DNA of 64,000 nucleotides from a virus (Duplodnaviria; Caudoviricetes): IMG/VR virus record IMGVR_UViG_3300028048_000054; one strand, 5' to 3'. Shown piece by piece: positions 36,861 to 45,626 of this stretch (position 1 is its first letter; each line of letters starts with the position of its first letter). The notes under the pieces were generated by a model. It saw only the letters and a program-made list of their open reading frames with translations, ran no database searches and was not told where the DNA came from. The position numbers and the translations under genes were made by a program.

Positions 36861-37811
36861 ATGAATAGACCAAAACCCATATATGAGTTTTTGTTGTGGG
36901 CCAACTGCAACAATCACTGTAAATTTTGTTTTCAACAACATCAGGGGCAGAAAGATACTTTTCTGTCTGATGAACAGAAGATTGAGTCAATTCAGTCTGT
37001 AAGAAATTTTATAGCCAGCAAGGATTATATCTTCGGCAGCCACGTTTTAATTGTGGGCGGGGAAATCTTTGGTGGCTTTTCTTCTGCTAAATTATCGTTA
37101 GAATTTGAAAATTTTTTGGACTTCCTGATTAAACGTATGATTGTTGGGAAGATAGATTTATTGTATGTCAACACAAATCTACTCTATGATAACTTGGAAA
37201 GTCTTGTATATTTTTTGGATAAAATTGATAAAAACAATTTATTTGGACGATTAAAATTTACTACGTCCTATGATTATAGTGGTAGATTCAGTAGTGAAGA
37301 AGATAGGTCCACTATGTTAAGCCACCTAAAAGTACTCACCAATAACTATAAAGGTAAATTAAAGGTTGTTACCAATATGATTCTCACAAAACCTATGTGT
37401 AACGCAATCATACACGATATAGACTTGTGGTGCCCAGGACTTGTAAATATACACAAAGGCAGTATTGCTGGGTTTATGGAACAGTATAATTGTGAAGTTA
37501 ACACAGTTCCATATATTATTTTAGATGAGTCATTGGCTGCAACAAAGGAAGAGATTATCGAAGCATTAAAAAGAACAGACCACTTTATTCCTGGGTACTT
37601 TAAGGCATACGTTGACAATTTTAATTTGGACCAAGACAAGTTCTTGTATGAATATCACGCTGGGAACTTGAATAAATTAGTGTTTTGCTCTACAGAAAAT
37701 GCACCCTGTGGGCACAGTATAAATTTTAACAGGTATCAGACAGATAGGAAGACTTGTTTCGTGTGTGATATGTTAAAAGCATACAAGGAATATTCTAATG
37801 AAAATAAGTAG
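36861..37811 (+). CDS. Radical SAM protein 1
   Basis: WANCNNHCKFC (CxxxCxxC), IVGGEIF, TTSYDYSGRF, C-terminal PCGH...CFVCD. Confidence 0.9.
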   Translation: MNRPKPIYEFLLWANCNNHCKFCFQQHQGQKDTFLSDEQKIESIQSVRNFIASKDYIFGSHVLIVGGEIFGGFSSAKLSLEFENFLDFLIKRMIVGKIDLLYVNTNLLYDNLESLVYFLDKIDKNNLFGRLKFTTSYDYSGRFSSEEDRSTMLSHLKVLTNNYKGKLKVVTNMILTKPMCNAIIHDIDLWCPGLVNIHKGSIAGFMEQYNCEVNTVPYIILDESLAATKEEIIEALKRTDHFIPGYFKAYVDNFNLDQDKFLYEYHAGNLNKLVFCSTENAPCGHSINFNRYQTDRKTCFVCDMLKAYKEYSNENK

Positions 37812-39798
37812 TAACGAAAAAGACGGGGACTGTTTTACTATTGGTGGTGTTACCTACATATATGTTGGGTGTGACATCAATGGTATGGACATTTATAAAT
37901 TAGATAAGAAGGTGGCTCACGAAGTTGCTGTTGTTTCTACCTGCCGAGTTACAGAAGAGTACAGACAGGCTGGTATAAAGGCACTAAATGATTATATTGA
38001 TTCCCACCCAAATTCAGAGATAATTATAACAGGGTGTGATGCCAAAGTCCACCCAGAGTTTTATTCAAAATATGGAAAGGTTATGAATAAGGAAGAGTTA
38101 CTATCATATTTCAAATTATCTGATAGGGATGTTTCTTCCTTACCAGAAACTGCCCGCCTTCACAATATGGTTGAAGTACAGCGTGGGTGTTCTCATCAAT
38201 GTACTTACTGTTTCTTTCCACAGGCGCAGGGTCCTACAAAATCTGTAGACCCAAATATTGTCGTAGAACAATGTAATAAACTTATCAGCAAAGGTATTAC
38301 TAATATTGAGTTGGTGAGCACTGATGCGTGCAGTTATTCATATAATGATAATGGTGTTATTATACACTATAGTGATTTACTGAAATTGATTTTGAAGAAA
38401 TGTCAAGGTCTTACTCATTTGAATATAGGGCAATTAGACCCAGGCTCTTCAGAAGCACAAGAAATTATGGGTGTAATATACCGTAATCCTATATTTGAAC
38501 AAGAAGTACATTTGGCTGTTCAAAGTGGGTCAAATGAAATACTTTCTAAAATGAAACGCCGCCACACTGTTGAGTCGATAAGAAAGTTACACAAGTTCTT
38601 ACCTGGACTCCATTTTATGTGGGACATTATTGTTGGATTCCCTGGTGAAACAGATGATAATTTTAAAGAAACTTATAATCTAATGAGTGAATTGAAACCA
38701 GAGAAAGTGTGGGTATATGCTTTTAACAGACAGCCAAATACGGTTGCTGACTCAATGGACAACCAACTTCCTGATGATATTATCTTAAAAAGGAAACAAC
38801 AACTGGAAGATTTACAAGTCAAAATCACCAAATTCTATGAAGAAACGAATAAGGAAATGGCAGACACGTTAGGTGAAAATAGAACCAATGATGTTCGTTT
38901 TATTCAGTATGAAGTATGGAAAGATTGTTCAAATGGGTGTCCGTTTTGTTATAATAGAAATCAACCGAAAGAAGTAAACAAGATAGGTCGTATGAATTAT
39001 ATTATGGACCTTATGAAATCTGATGAAGTTGACGCATACAATACAATGGGTTTTATTGGTGGAGAGTTATTTAATACGGAATTACTAACCGAAGCCGAGC
39101 AGGACACCTTTGTAAAAATGATGTCTTTAAGTGCCGACCTTGTTAGCAGTGGAAAAATTGATAGGGTGTATGTTACAAGTAATCTAATCTATGCTGATAC
39201 TTCATTACTTGTGCGTGTTTTGAATATGCTCAAAGACAAGGATGTCATAGACCACTACTGTTTGTGTACTTCGTGGGATTATAAATATAGGTTCAAAACA
39301 GAAAATGATAAAAGATTGTGGGAAAGGAATATGCTTTTTATCAAAGAAGCATACCCAACACTAATGCGCCATATTGAAACAATTATCACCCAAGTTTTAA
39401 TTGATGCTGTGATGGCAGGTGAGTTAGATTTAGGTATGTTTGAAAAGACCTACGGGGCTTCTGTTGATTATATGGCACCTAATGCTGGGTATAATTATTC
39501 TTCTAAACAGGAATTTGAGAAAGATATACCAGGATTCTTCCCCAGACGTAGTGCCTTTTTAGATTTTCTTACAAAAACTACTCTTGAAGATAAGACAATT
39601 AATCTTAAAACACTATTCAAACGTGAATTACAGTGTGATTGTATTTACTGGGTGTTAAATGGAAAACCTTATAAAGTTACCAACAGAGTTACTACGGCTG
39701 TTCCTTTTCCGTGTGATATGCCTAGAATTGCTGGGTATATCGACTCTGATGTGTTTATGAAAAATGATGTGAAAGAATTTAGGGAAATGGTGTTATAG
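37798..39798 (+). CDS. Fusion: MiaB/RimO/MtaB-like methylthiotransferase (no TRAM) plus second radical SAM domain
   Basis: UPF0004-like Cys triad (VGCDIN, STCRVT, TGCDA); QRGCSHQCTYC; HLAVQSGSNEILSKMKRRHT; DIIVGFPGET; then from ~38890 YEVWKDCSNGCPFC, FIGGELF, TSWDYKYRF. Confidence 0.85.
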   Translation: MKISSNEKDGDCFTIGGVTYIYVGCDINGMDIYKLDKKVAHEVAVVSTCRVTEEYRQAGIKALNDYIDSHPNSEIIITGCDAKVHPEFYSKYGKVMNKEELLSYFKLSDRDVSSLPETARLHNMVEVQRGCSHQCTYCFFPQAQGPTKSVDPNIVVEQCNKLISKGITNIELVSTDACSYSYNDNGVIIHYSDLLKLILKKCQGLTHLNIGQLDPGSSEAQEIMGVIYRNPIFEQEVHLAVQSGSNEILSKMKRRHTVESIRKLHKFLPGLHFMWDIIVGFPGETDDNFKETYNLMSELKPEKVWVYAFNRQPNTVADSMDNQLPDDIILKRKQQLEDLQVKITKFYEETNKEMADTLGENRTNDVRFIQYEVWKDCSNGCPFCYNRNQPKEVNKIGRMNYIMDLMKSDEVDAYNTMGFIGGELFNTELLTEAEQDTFVKMMSLSADLVSSGKIDRVYVTSNLIYADTSLLVRVLNMLKDKDVIDHYCLCTSWDYKYRFKTENDKRLWERNMLFIKEAYPTLMRHIETIITQVLIDAVMAGELDLGMFEKTYGASVDYMAPNAGYNYSSKQEFEKDIPGFFPRRSAFLDFLTKTTLEDKTINLKTLFKRELQCDCIYWVLNGKPYKVTNRVTTAVPFPCDMPRIAGYIDSDVFMKNDVKEFREMVL

Positions 39799-39799
39799 T

Positions 39800-40711
39800 A
39801 TGAGTAATATGGTTCAATATGGTATTTGGCCAAACTGTTGTAATAACTGTGATTTTTGTTTGCGTATGAATAGAGATTACGAAAACAAGGACAAAATGAT
39901 AGAATTGGTGCGCGGAATCAGAACAAACATAAACTACGTTGATTGGAAAGGTAAGTTTGACGCTGGTATTTCATTATTAGGTGGTGAAATGTATTTTGTT
40001 ACCGATAAAGACATACAAGAAGAAGTAATGCTTCTCATTGATGATATTATTAATAAGATTTTAAAGGTATCACCAAATCCAAAGGTAAAATACTCAACAG
40101 TTACTAATGGGCTGTATGAACCATCATTTTTATATCGTGTTATTGATAAAATTGTAAATGAAGTTGGCATAGACAAAGTTGATGTTAATTTTTCCTATGA
40201 CTTAAAATATAGATTCAAAAATGAAGAAGCCCGTCTCTTATGTCTTGATAATATAAACAAATTTATGAAACGGTATAACTATCACGTAGGAGTACAGATG
40301 ATTTTAACACAGTACGTTATTGATAGTGTTAAAAGTGGTGTGTGGAGTATACAAAAATTTTTAGAAGAAGACATACCTGGTGGAAACTTGTGCTTCTTGT
40401 ACCCACACCCAATTCATACAGGAAAAGTTTTACCAGATTTTCAATTTAAGAGAGATGACTTATTAGATTTTGTAATATACTTACGTGATAATTTTCCTGG
40501 AATATATTTATCATTTGTGGCATCAACACATAACTCTGGTATATTTAAGTATACTGGGTGGCGGGATAAAACCAAAGATATGACACAGGAGCCTATTTTA
40601 TCAGACGGTAAGGAAGAGATAAACCCTGATTGTGGGCACTCAATTTTATATAAATGTTATTCTGATTGTGATGCGTGTTTAGAGTGTGATTTGGAGAACT
40701 TTAGCAAATGA
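39800..40711 (+). CDS. Radical SAM protein 3
   Basis: WPNCCNNCDFC, LLGGEMY, FSYDLKYRF, C-terminal DCGH...CLECD. Confidence 0.9.
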   Translation: MSNMVQYGIWPNCCNNCDFCLRMNRDYENKDKMIELVRGIRTNINYVDWKGKFDAGISLLGGEMYFVTDKDIQEEVMLLIDDIINKILKVSPNPKVKYSTVTNGLYEPSFLYRVIDKIVNEVGIDKVDVNFSYDLKYRFKNEEARLLCLDNINKFMKRYNYHVGVQMILTQYVIDSVKSGVWSIQKFLEEDIPGGNLCFLYPHPIHTGKVLPDFQFKRDDLLDFVIYLRDNFPGIYLSFVASTHNSGIFKYTGWRDKTKDMTQEPILSDGKEEINPDCGHSILYKCYSDCDACLECDLENFSK

Positions 40712-42231
40712 GATATAGTGAAGCCAAGCAAAAAATTCAGCAATGTGTAAATGATAACAAATCCATTGTTGTTATCGGGTATAGTGGATTTGGTAAAACA
40801 GCCCTACTACACGAAGTTGTAGATGGATATACTACTATTTATGGAGTTATGGCTGACCTTCTTACGTCCTATATTGTTGAAGAAAATAAAGATATTATTG
40901 ATGTTCGTGCTAGTGGGAAGAAGTTGATTTTTGCTGTTGACGAAATAACTGAAACTTCTGCTGATAAAGTTGGGTGGTATTATAATATTTTGAAATTAAA
41001 AAAGTCCGCTGAAAAACTTGGAGCAAAGTTTGTGTGTTGTGGTAACAGAGAGTGCAATTTTGTTGATGAAAATTTGTTAAAGTTAGTATTTGATGAAATT
41101 GTATACTTAGACAATACACTTGATGAAGCAAAAATGTATCTTGCTCATAAGTATAATCAGAGTAAAGTAACCTATGTATTAGAGCATAACCCAGATATTC
41201 GAACTCCAAGAGATTTAGAAAAACATATTATCAATCTTACAGAAGAGCATAGACCACGGTTGATGAAGTCATTACAGTTCGAATTATGGCAGGAGTGTAA
41301 CAATAGATGTTCTTTCTGTTATTTAGGTGAAGGGAATAAATGTACTCCAGATGATTTGAAAATTAAAGCATTGGAACGAATTTTATGGACCATAGACGAC
41401 CCATCTGTTTATTTTGAACACGACAACCTGTCTTACATCGGTGGTGAATTTTTTCAAGGTCAATTACGGAATCCAAAAGTTCGTGAACTGTTTATGAAAT
41501 TAATGAATAAGACAGCGGACTTATTACGTGGTGGAATTATAAAATCAACTTGGTTGGCTGCCACATTAATACAAGAGAAACAGGATGACTTGTGGACTAC
41601 CCTAGATATTTTCAAAGATATTAAACCAGAAGGTCTACACGATGGTTTTTGGTTAACTTCTTCTTATGATGTATTTGGGCGATTCCATACACCACAGGCA
41701 GAACAAAATTGGAAAAACAATATGAAAAAGGTACACCAATTATACCCTAATATACGATTTAACATTACAATGATTTTGACAGACAAAATGGTTAATGCGG
41801 TAAATAGTGGTGAGTTAGACCTTAAAAAATTTATGGAAGAATATCATACTTGTTTATTCTTTAAGCAACCATCCCCAGGTTATTATGGTGTCGGACAACG
41901 GGATGGTGTGGCATTGGCTGAAAAAGCACTGCCTGGATTCTTCCCAAAGAGAGAAGCATTTATTGAATTTCTAACTAAAATTCACGAAGAAATACCAGAA
42001 TTATATCCAAAATTATTTAATATAGTGTACCGTGCTGACGAGTTATACAGAAACTTTAATGATGAAAATAGGCAAATGTTATTAGATAAGCGTAATAAAT
42101 ATTCAAAGCAGGAAGTAGAGGGTAAAACGACACTTCCCTGTGGGCACTTGGTAGAGTATGCCGCTTATGCTGATTCAGAAGAGTGTATGATTTGTGACAA
42201 AAAAGCACTTGATGAAATGTTAGGTAGTTGA
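40708..42231 (+). CDS. Fusion: AAA+ ATPase plus radical SAM protein 4
   Basis: Walker A GYSGFGKT, Walker B IFAVDE, TPRDL sensor-2-like; from Met at 41263 LWQECNNRCSFC, YIGGEFF, SSYDVFGRF, PCGH...CMICD. Confidence 0.85.
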   Translation: MRYSEAKQKIQQCVNDNKSIVVIGYSGFGKTALLHEVVDGYTTIYGVMADLLTSYIVEENKDIIDVRASGKKLIFAVDEITETSADKVGWYYNILKLKKSAEKLGAKFVCCGNRECNFVDENLLKLVFDEIVYLDNTLDEAKMYLAHKYNQSKVTYVLEHNPDIRTPRDLEKHIINLTEEHRPRLMKSLQFELWQECNNRCSFCYLGEGNKCTPDDLKIKALERILWTIDDPSVYFEHDNLSYIGGEFFQGQLRNPKVRELFMKLMNKTADLLRGGIIKSTWLAATLIQEKQDDLWTTLDIFKDIKPEGLHDGFWLTSSYDVFGRFHTPQAEQNWKNNMKKVHQLYPNIRFNITMILTDKMVNAVNSGELDLKKFMEEYHTCLFFKQPSPGYYGVGQRDGVALAEKALPGFFPKREAFIEFLTKIHEEIPELYPKLFNIVYRADELYRNFNDENRQMLLDKRNKYSKQEVEGKTTLPCGHLVEYAAYADSEECMICDKKALDEMLGS

Positions 42232-42256
42232 CAATTAAAGTAAATTATGATATAAT
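42228..42256 (+). promoter_or_regulatory. Sigma70-type promoter overlapping the stop codon of the rSAM operon
   Basis: TTGACA (42228-42233), 17 nt, TATAAT (42251-42256), TG extension. Confidence 0.75.
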
Positions 42257-42290
42257 AATACCAGACTGCATAGGTCTGGTATTTTTGTTT
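42257..42290 (+). terminator. Rho-independent terminator closing the rSAM operon
   Basis: AATACCAGAC-TGCATAG-GTCTGGTATT 10-bp stem followed by TTTGTTT. Confidence 0.8.
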
Positions 42291-42320
42291 AATAGAGTTC
42301 AATGGAGTTAAACAGAGTTC
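42291..42320 (+). repeat. Three tandem imperfect 10-bp repeats
   Basis: AATAGAGTTC AATGGAGTTA AACAGAGTTC, ending 4 nt upstream of the next -35 box. Confidence 0.65.
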
Positions 42321-42324
42321 ACTA

Positions 42325-42354
42325 TTGACAACTTATATGATAATATGTTATAAT
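42325..42354 (+). promoter_or_regulatory. Second sigma70-type promoter for the replication module
   Basis: TTGACA (42325-42330), 18 nt, TGtTATAAT (TATAAT 42349-42354). Confidence 0.75.
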
Positions 42355-42374
42355 ATGTGATAAGAGGTGCTAAT

Positions 42375-43034
42375 ATGAAAGAATACCAAAAAATTGAAAC
42401 ACCGTTTGTTCGTGATATGGACGGTTCAAAAAAACTCATTTTAGGACAATTTAGAAATCCTATTGTTGAGTACTTAAAAAATTGTCAATGGATTTGTACA
42501 GAAAAAGTAGATGGTACCAATATTCGTGTACACTGGGACGGACATCAATTACGTTTCTTTGGTCGTACAGATGCCGCATCAATTCCGTCATTTTTGTTAG
42601 CAAAACTGTATGACATTTTTGATAATGATGCCACAGAACAGGTAATGGAACAGATGTTTGCCGATAGAGAAGTAATTTTAATCGGTGAAGGGTATGGTAA
42701 TAAAATTCAAAAATGTGGTTCCAATTATATTAAAGATGGTGTAGATTTTATTGGCATTGACGTAATGATTAAAACCAAAGATGGTGAACGCTTTGTGTAT
42801 TTAGATAGACGTGATGCCGAAGACGTGTTTAAAGCATTGGGAGTCAAAATGGTTCCGATTGTAGGAACTATGACTTTAAATGATGCCGTCTGTACTGTTA
42901 TGTCTAAACCATACTCCTTAATCAGTGAGACGAAACAGGTAATGGAAGGACTAGTTTGTGTACCTGACGTTCCTGTGTATGACAAGTCTGGGCACCGTAT
43001 CATTGTTAAAATCAAAGTTAAGGACTTCGAGTAA
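42375..43034 (+). CDS. RNA ligase (Rnl2-like nucleotidyltransferase)
   Basis: Motif I EKVDGTN, III IGEGYG, IIIa FIGIDV, IV EGLV, V VKIK; start refined to ATG 42375 (GAGGT SD). Confidence 0.85.
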   Translation: MKEYQKIETPFVRDMDGSKKLILGQFRNPIVEYLKNCQWICTEKVDGTNIRVHWDGHQLRFFGRTDAASIPSFLLAKLYDIFDNDATEQVMEQMFADREVILIGEGYGNKIQKCGSNYIKDGVDFIGIDVMIKTKDGERFVYLDRRDAEDVFKALGVKMVPIVGTMTLNDAVCTVMSKPYSLISETKQVMEGLVCVPDVPVYDKSGHRIIVKIKVKDFE

Positions 43035-44506
43035 TGCAAGTAGACATCAGGGTTAACAATGTACTTTCTCAAATTATAGGCAGAATAGAACCAGCAGCAC
43101 ATCAGGCACTTCGTAATGACTTATCTTACGTTGTGTCTGGTGCTGTATTTTCTGAATATTCTCGCCAGGGTATGTGGGATGGTACAAAATACCTTTACAA
43201 TCTTAAAAACCAATCATTTCCAACTGGGTTACTGAAACGTGCCATTGTTACTTTGTCAAATATGGGGTACAAAGTAAATGTTATAGATGAACGCACAGTA
43301 CCCTATGGTGAAGAATTAACCCTACATAAAGTTACCTTACGTGATTACCAAATTGAGTCGGTAAACGAATTGGTATCAAAAACACGTGGATTACTAATGG
43401 CAGGGACAGGTTCTGGGAAGACTGTGGTAATCGCTGGTGTGTTGGCTAAATTAGGTGTTAAATCACTCATTATTGTGCCTACAACCATTTTACTTTCACA
43501 GACGGCAGAACGCTTACACAATATGCTTGACGTTCCAGTTGGTATGATAGGTGATGGTATAAATGATATTCAGGACATTACTGTTGCTACGTTCCAATCA
43601 CTAACCGATTCAGAGGACACCAAGAAGTCTAAATTTGACTCAAAAGATGGTAGGTGGAAAAAGGTACTGAAGAAGCAAGTTGTAATTCGGGAAGAATTAC
43701 GCCCATACCTAGAATCAATTGACTGCGTGATTGTGGATGAAAGTCACCATATGGTTTCAGACTCTATTCAACGTATTATGGCTGCCTGTAAAAATGCTTA
43801 TTACCGTTATGGTTGTTCTGCCACACCATACAGTAATAGAGATGAAGACGTACTTATTGAGGCTGCTTGTGGACGTGTTTTGAAAGAAATTACCGCATCT
43901 TACTTAATTAAAAATGGGTGGCTATCAAAACCAACTATTCACTTGATTCCATTTAAGCAACAACGTGGTGGTGAAGCCGATACCTATGCTGGTTTGTATG
44001 AAGAAAAAATTACCACCAATCCAGTAAGAAATGATTTACTACGGCGCATAATTGAGTACAGAGCAGATTTAGGTGATAGTGTGCTAGTGTCTGTACGGTA
44101 TTTGGAACACGGTAGATTACTCTATGGTAGTTTAGTAGGAAAGTATGGTAAAGACGTTGTATTTGTAAATTCAAAAGTAGCAACCAAAAAATTAAATGAC
44201 GCTCTTGAAAAATTAGAGAAAAAAGAAATTAAAATTTGTATTGGTACATCTTTAATTAACGAGGGTGTAAATCTACCAGCATTGAATACATTAGTTATGG
44301 CTGGTACACCTAAATCAAAAATTGCTACAATGCAGTTAGTAGGTCGTGTGTTGAGAAAGACGGATGATAAATCAACTGTGGACGTGTACGACATACAAGA
44401 TTTTAATTGTAAGTATTTTACTTCGGCTTCCAAAGAAAGACGAGAAATTTACTTGTCGGAACCAGAGTTTGTACTACAAGAAGATAATATGTTTACTGAG
44501 GTATAA
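43034..44506 (+). CDS. UvsW-like superfamily 2 DNA helicase
   Basis: LRDYQ, AGTGSGKT, VDESHH, SATP, EGVNLP, QLVGRVLR. Confidence 0.9.
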   Translation: MQVDIRVNNVLSQIIGRIEPAAHQALRNDLSYVVSGAVFSEYSRQGMWDGTKYLYNLKNQSFPTGLLKRAIVTLSNMGYKVNVIDERTVPYGEELTLHKVTLRDYQIESVNELVSKTRGLLMAGTGSGKTVVIAGVLAKLGVKSLIIVPTTILLSQTAERLHNMLDVPVGMIGDGINDIQDITVATFQSLTDSEDTKKSKFDSKDGRWKKVLKKQVVIREELRPYLESIDCVIVDESHHMVSDSIQRIMAACKNAYYRYGCSATPYSNRDEDVLIEAACGRVLKEITASYLIKNGWLSKPTIHLIPFKQQRGGEADTYAGLYEEKITTNPVRNDLLRRIIEYRADLGDSVLVSVRYLEHGRLLYGSLVGKYGKDVVFVNSKVATKKLNDALEKLEKKEIKICIGTSLINEGVNLPALNTLVMAGTPKSKIATMQLVGRVLRKTDDKSTVDVYDIQDFNCKYFTSASKERREIYLSEPEFVLQEDNMFTEV

Positions 44507-44507
44507 A

Positions 44508-45281
44508 ATGGGAAAAATAAATCTGTACAATGATGATTGTATGAAAGTATTAGACTTTTTGATTGAAAATGGTACTAAAGTAGATTTTGTATTTGCTGAC
44601 TTACCATACAATGAAACAGGGAATAAGTGGGATAATAAAATTGACCATAAAATTATGTTTGAAAAACTCTGTAAGATTTGTAAAGACGAGGCTGCTATGG
44701 CATTTACTGGTACTTTTAGGTTTGGAGTAGATTTATTTAATGCTGCTCCAGATTTGTATAAGTATGACTGGGTTTGGGAAAAAGACAATGGAACCAATGC
44801 ACCTAATGTGAATTTACAACCATTTAGAATACACGAGAATATTTACATTTTTGGTAAAGGTCGTGTTACTAATGGAAAAAGAACACCGATGAAGTACAAC
44901 CCACAAAAAACTGAGGGTAAGCCATACACTCAAAAATCAGGTAGAATGAGTGAAAATTGGAAAGGTGGACTAGGCACTGTGGTAACAAATAATGAGAGTG
45001 GTCTACGACACCCTAAAACAATTCAAAAATGGGTTCGTGATAAAGGACTACACCCTACACAGAAACCACTGGCAATGCTAGAGTACCTTATTAAAACATA
45101 CACGAATCCAGGTGATACTGTTTTAGATTTTACAATGGGCTCTGGTACAACTGGTCACGCTTGTGTTAATACTGACAGGAATTTTATTGGTGTTGAGTTA
45201 GATAAGAAATATTTTGATATAGCATCAAATAGAATTAAAGAAGCAATACGAAAACACAAGGCACTTGACAAATCTGAATAA
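44508..45281 (+). CDS. DNA amino-methyltransferase (N6-A/N4-C, beta class)
   Basis: Motif IV DLPY precedes HPTQKP and motif I VLDFTMGSGTTG; start refined to ATG 44508. Confidence 0.9.
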   Translation: MGKINLYNDDCMKVLDFLIENGTKVDFVFADLPYNETGNKWDNKIDHKIMFEKLCKICKDEAAMAFTGTFRFGVDLFNAAPDLYKYDWVWEKDNGTNAPNVNLQPFRIHENIYIFGKGRVTNGKRTPMKYNPQKTEGKPYTQKSGRMSENWKGGLGTVVTNNESGLRHPKTIQKWVRDKGLHPTQKPLAMLEYLIKTYTNPGDTVLDFTMGSGTTGHACVNTDRNFIGVELDKKYFDIASNRIKEAIRKHKALDKSE

Positions 45282-45293
45282 ATTTGGTATAAT
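45265..45293 (+). promoter_or_regulatory. Sigma70-type promoter, probably giving a leaderless mRNA
   Basis: TTGACA, 17 nt, TGgTATAAT; ATG 45300 follows only 6 nt after the -10 box. Confidence 0.8.
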
Positions 45294-45299
45294 TGACGT

Positions 45300-45626
45300 A
45301 TGAAACCGATGGAACTGTATAAACTGATATGCTCTTTATCAAATGAGAAGTTTAATAGCAGAAAGATTAGTTTTTATATGCTTCGAGCCAAACTCGCACT
45401 TGAAAATTTACATAATCGTGGTTGGGATGACGAACAAATAAAAGTGTTGGTGTATAACACAGTTCATACATTAGCAGAGCAGGGTCAGACAACCAATTTT
45501 CAATTTGTGGTGAGCATACTTTGTAATACGGTGGCAACACCAGGGGTTACATCAACCGAGGATAATTCAGGCGGGTACAACGACTGGATTGAACAAGAGA
45601 AGAAGAGGGTTGGAAATGTTAAGTAA
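45300..45626 (+). CDS. Hypothetical protein, possible replication initiator/loader partner
   Basis: 108 aa directly upstream of the DnaC-like ATPase; function inferred from position only. Confidence 0.4.
   Translation: MKPMELYKLICSLSNEKFNSRKISFYMLRAKLALENLHNRGWDDEQIKVLVYNTVHTLAEQGQTTNFQFVVSILCNTVATPGVTSTEDNSGGYNDWIEQEKKRVGNVK

Noticed and set aside
36861-42231. rSAM genes as a 7-deazaguanine DNA-modification or anaerobic RNR-activation pathway
   Set aside because: No FolE/QueD/QueC/DpdA or NrdD gene was recognised nearby and the four domains are mutual paralogs. It cannot be fully excluded without the rest of the genome.
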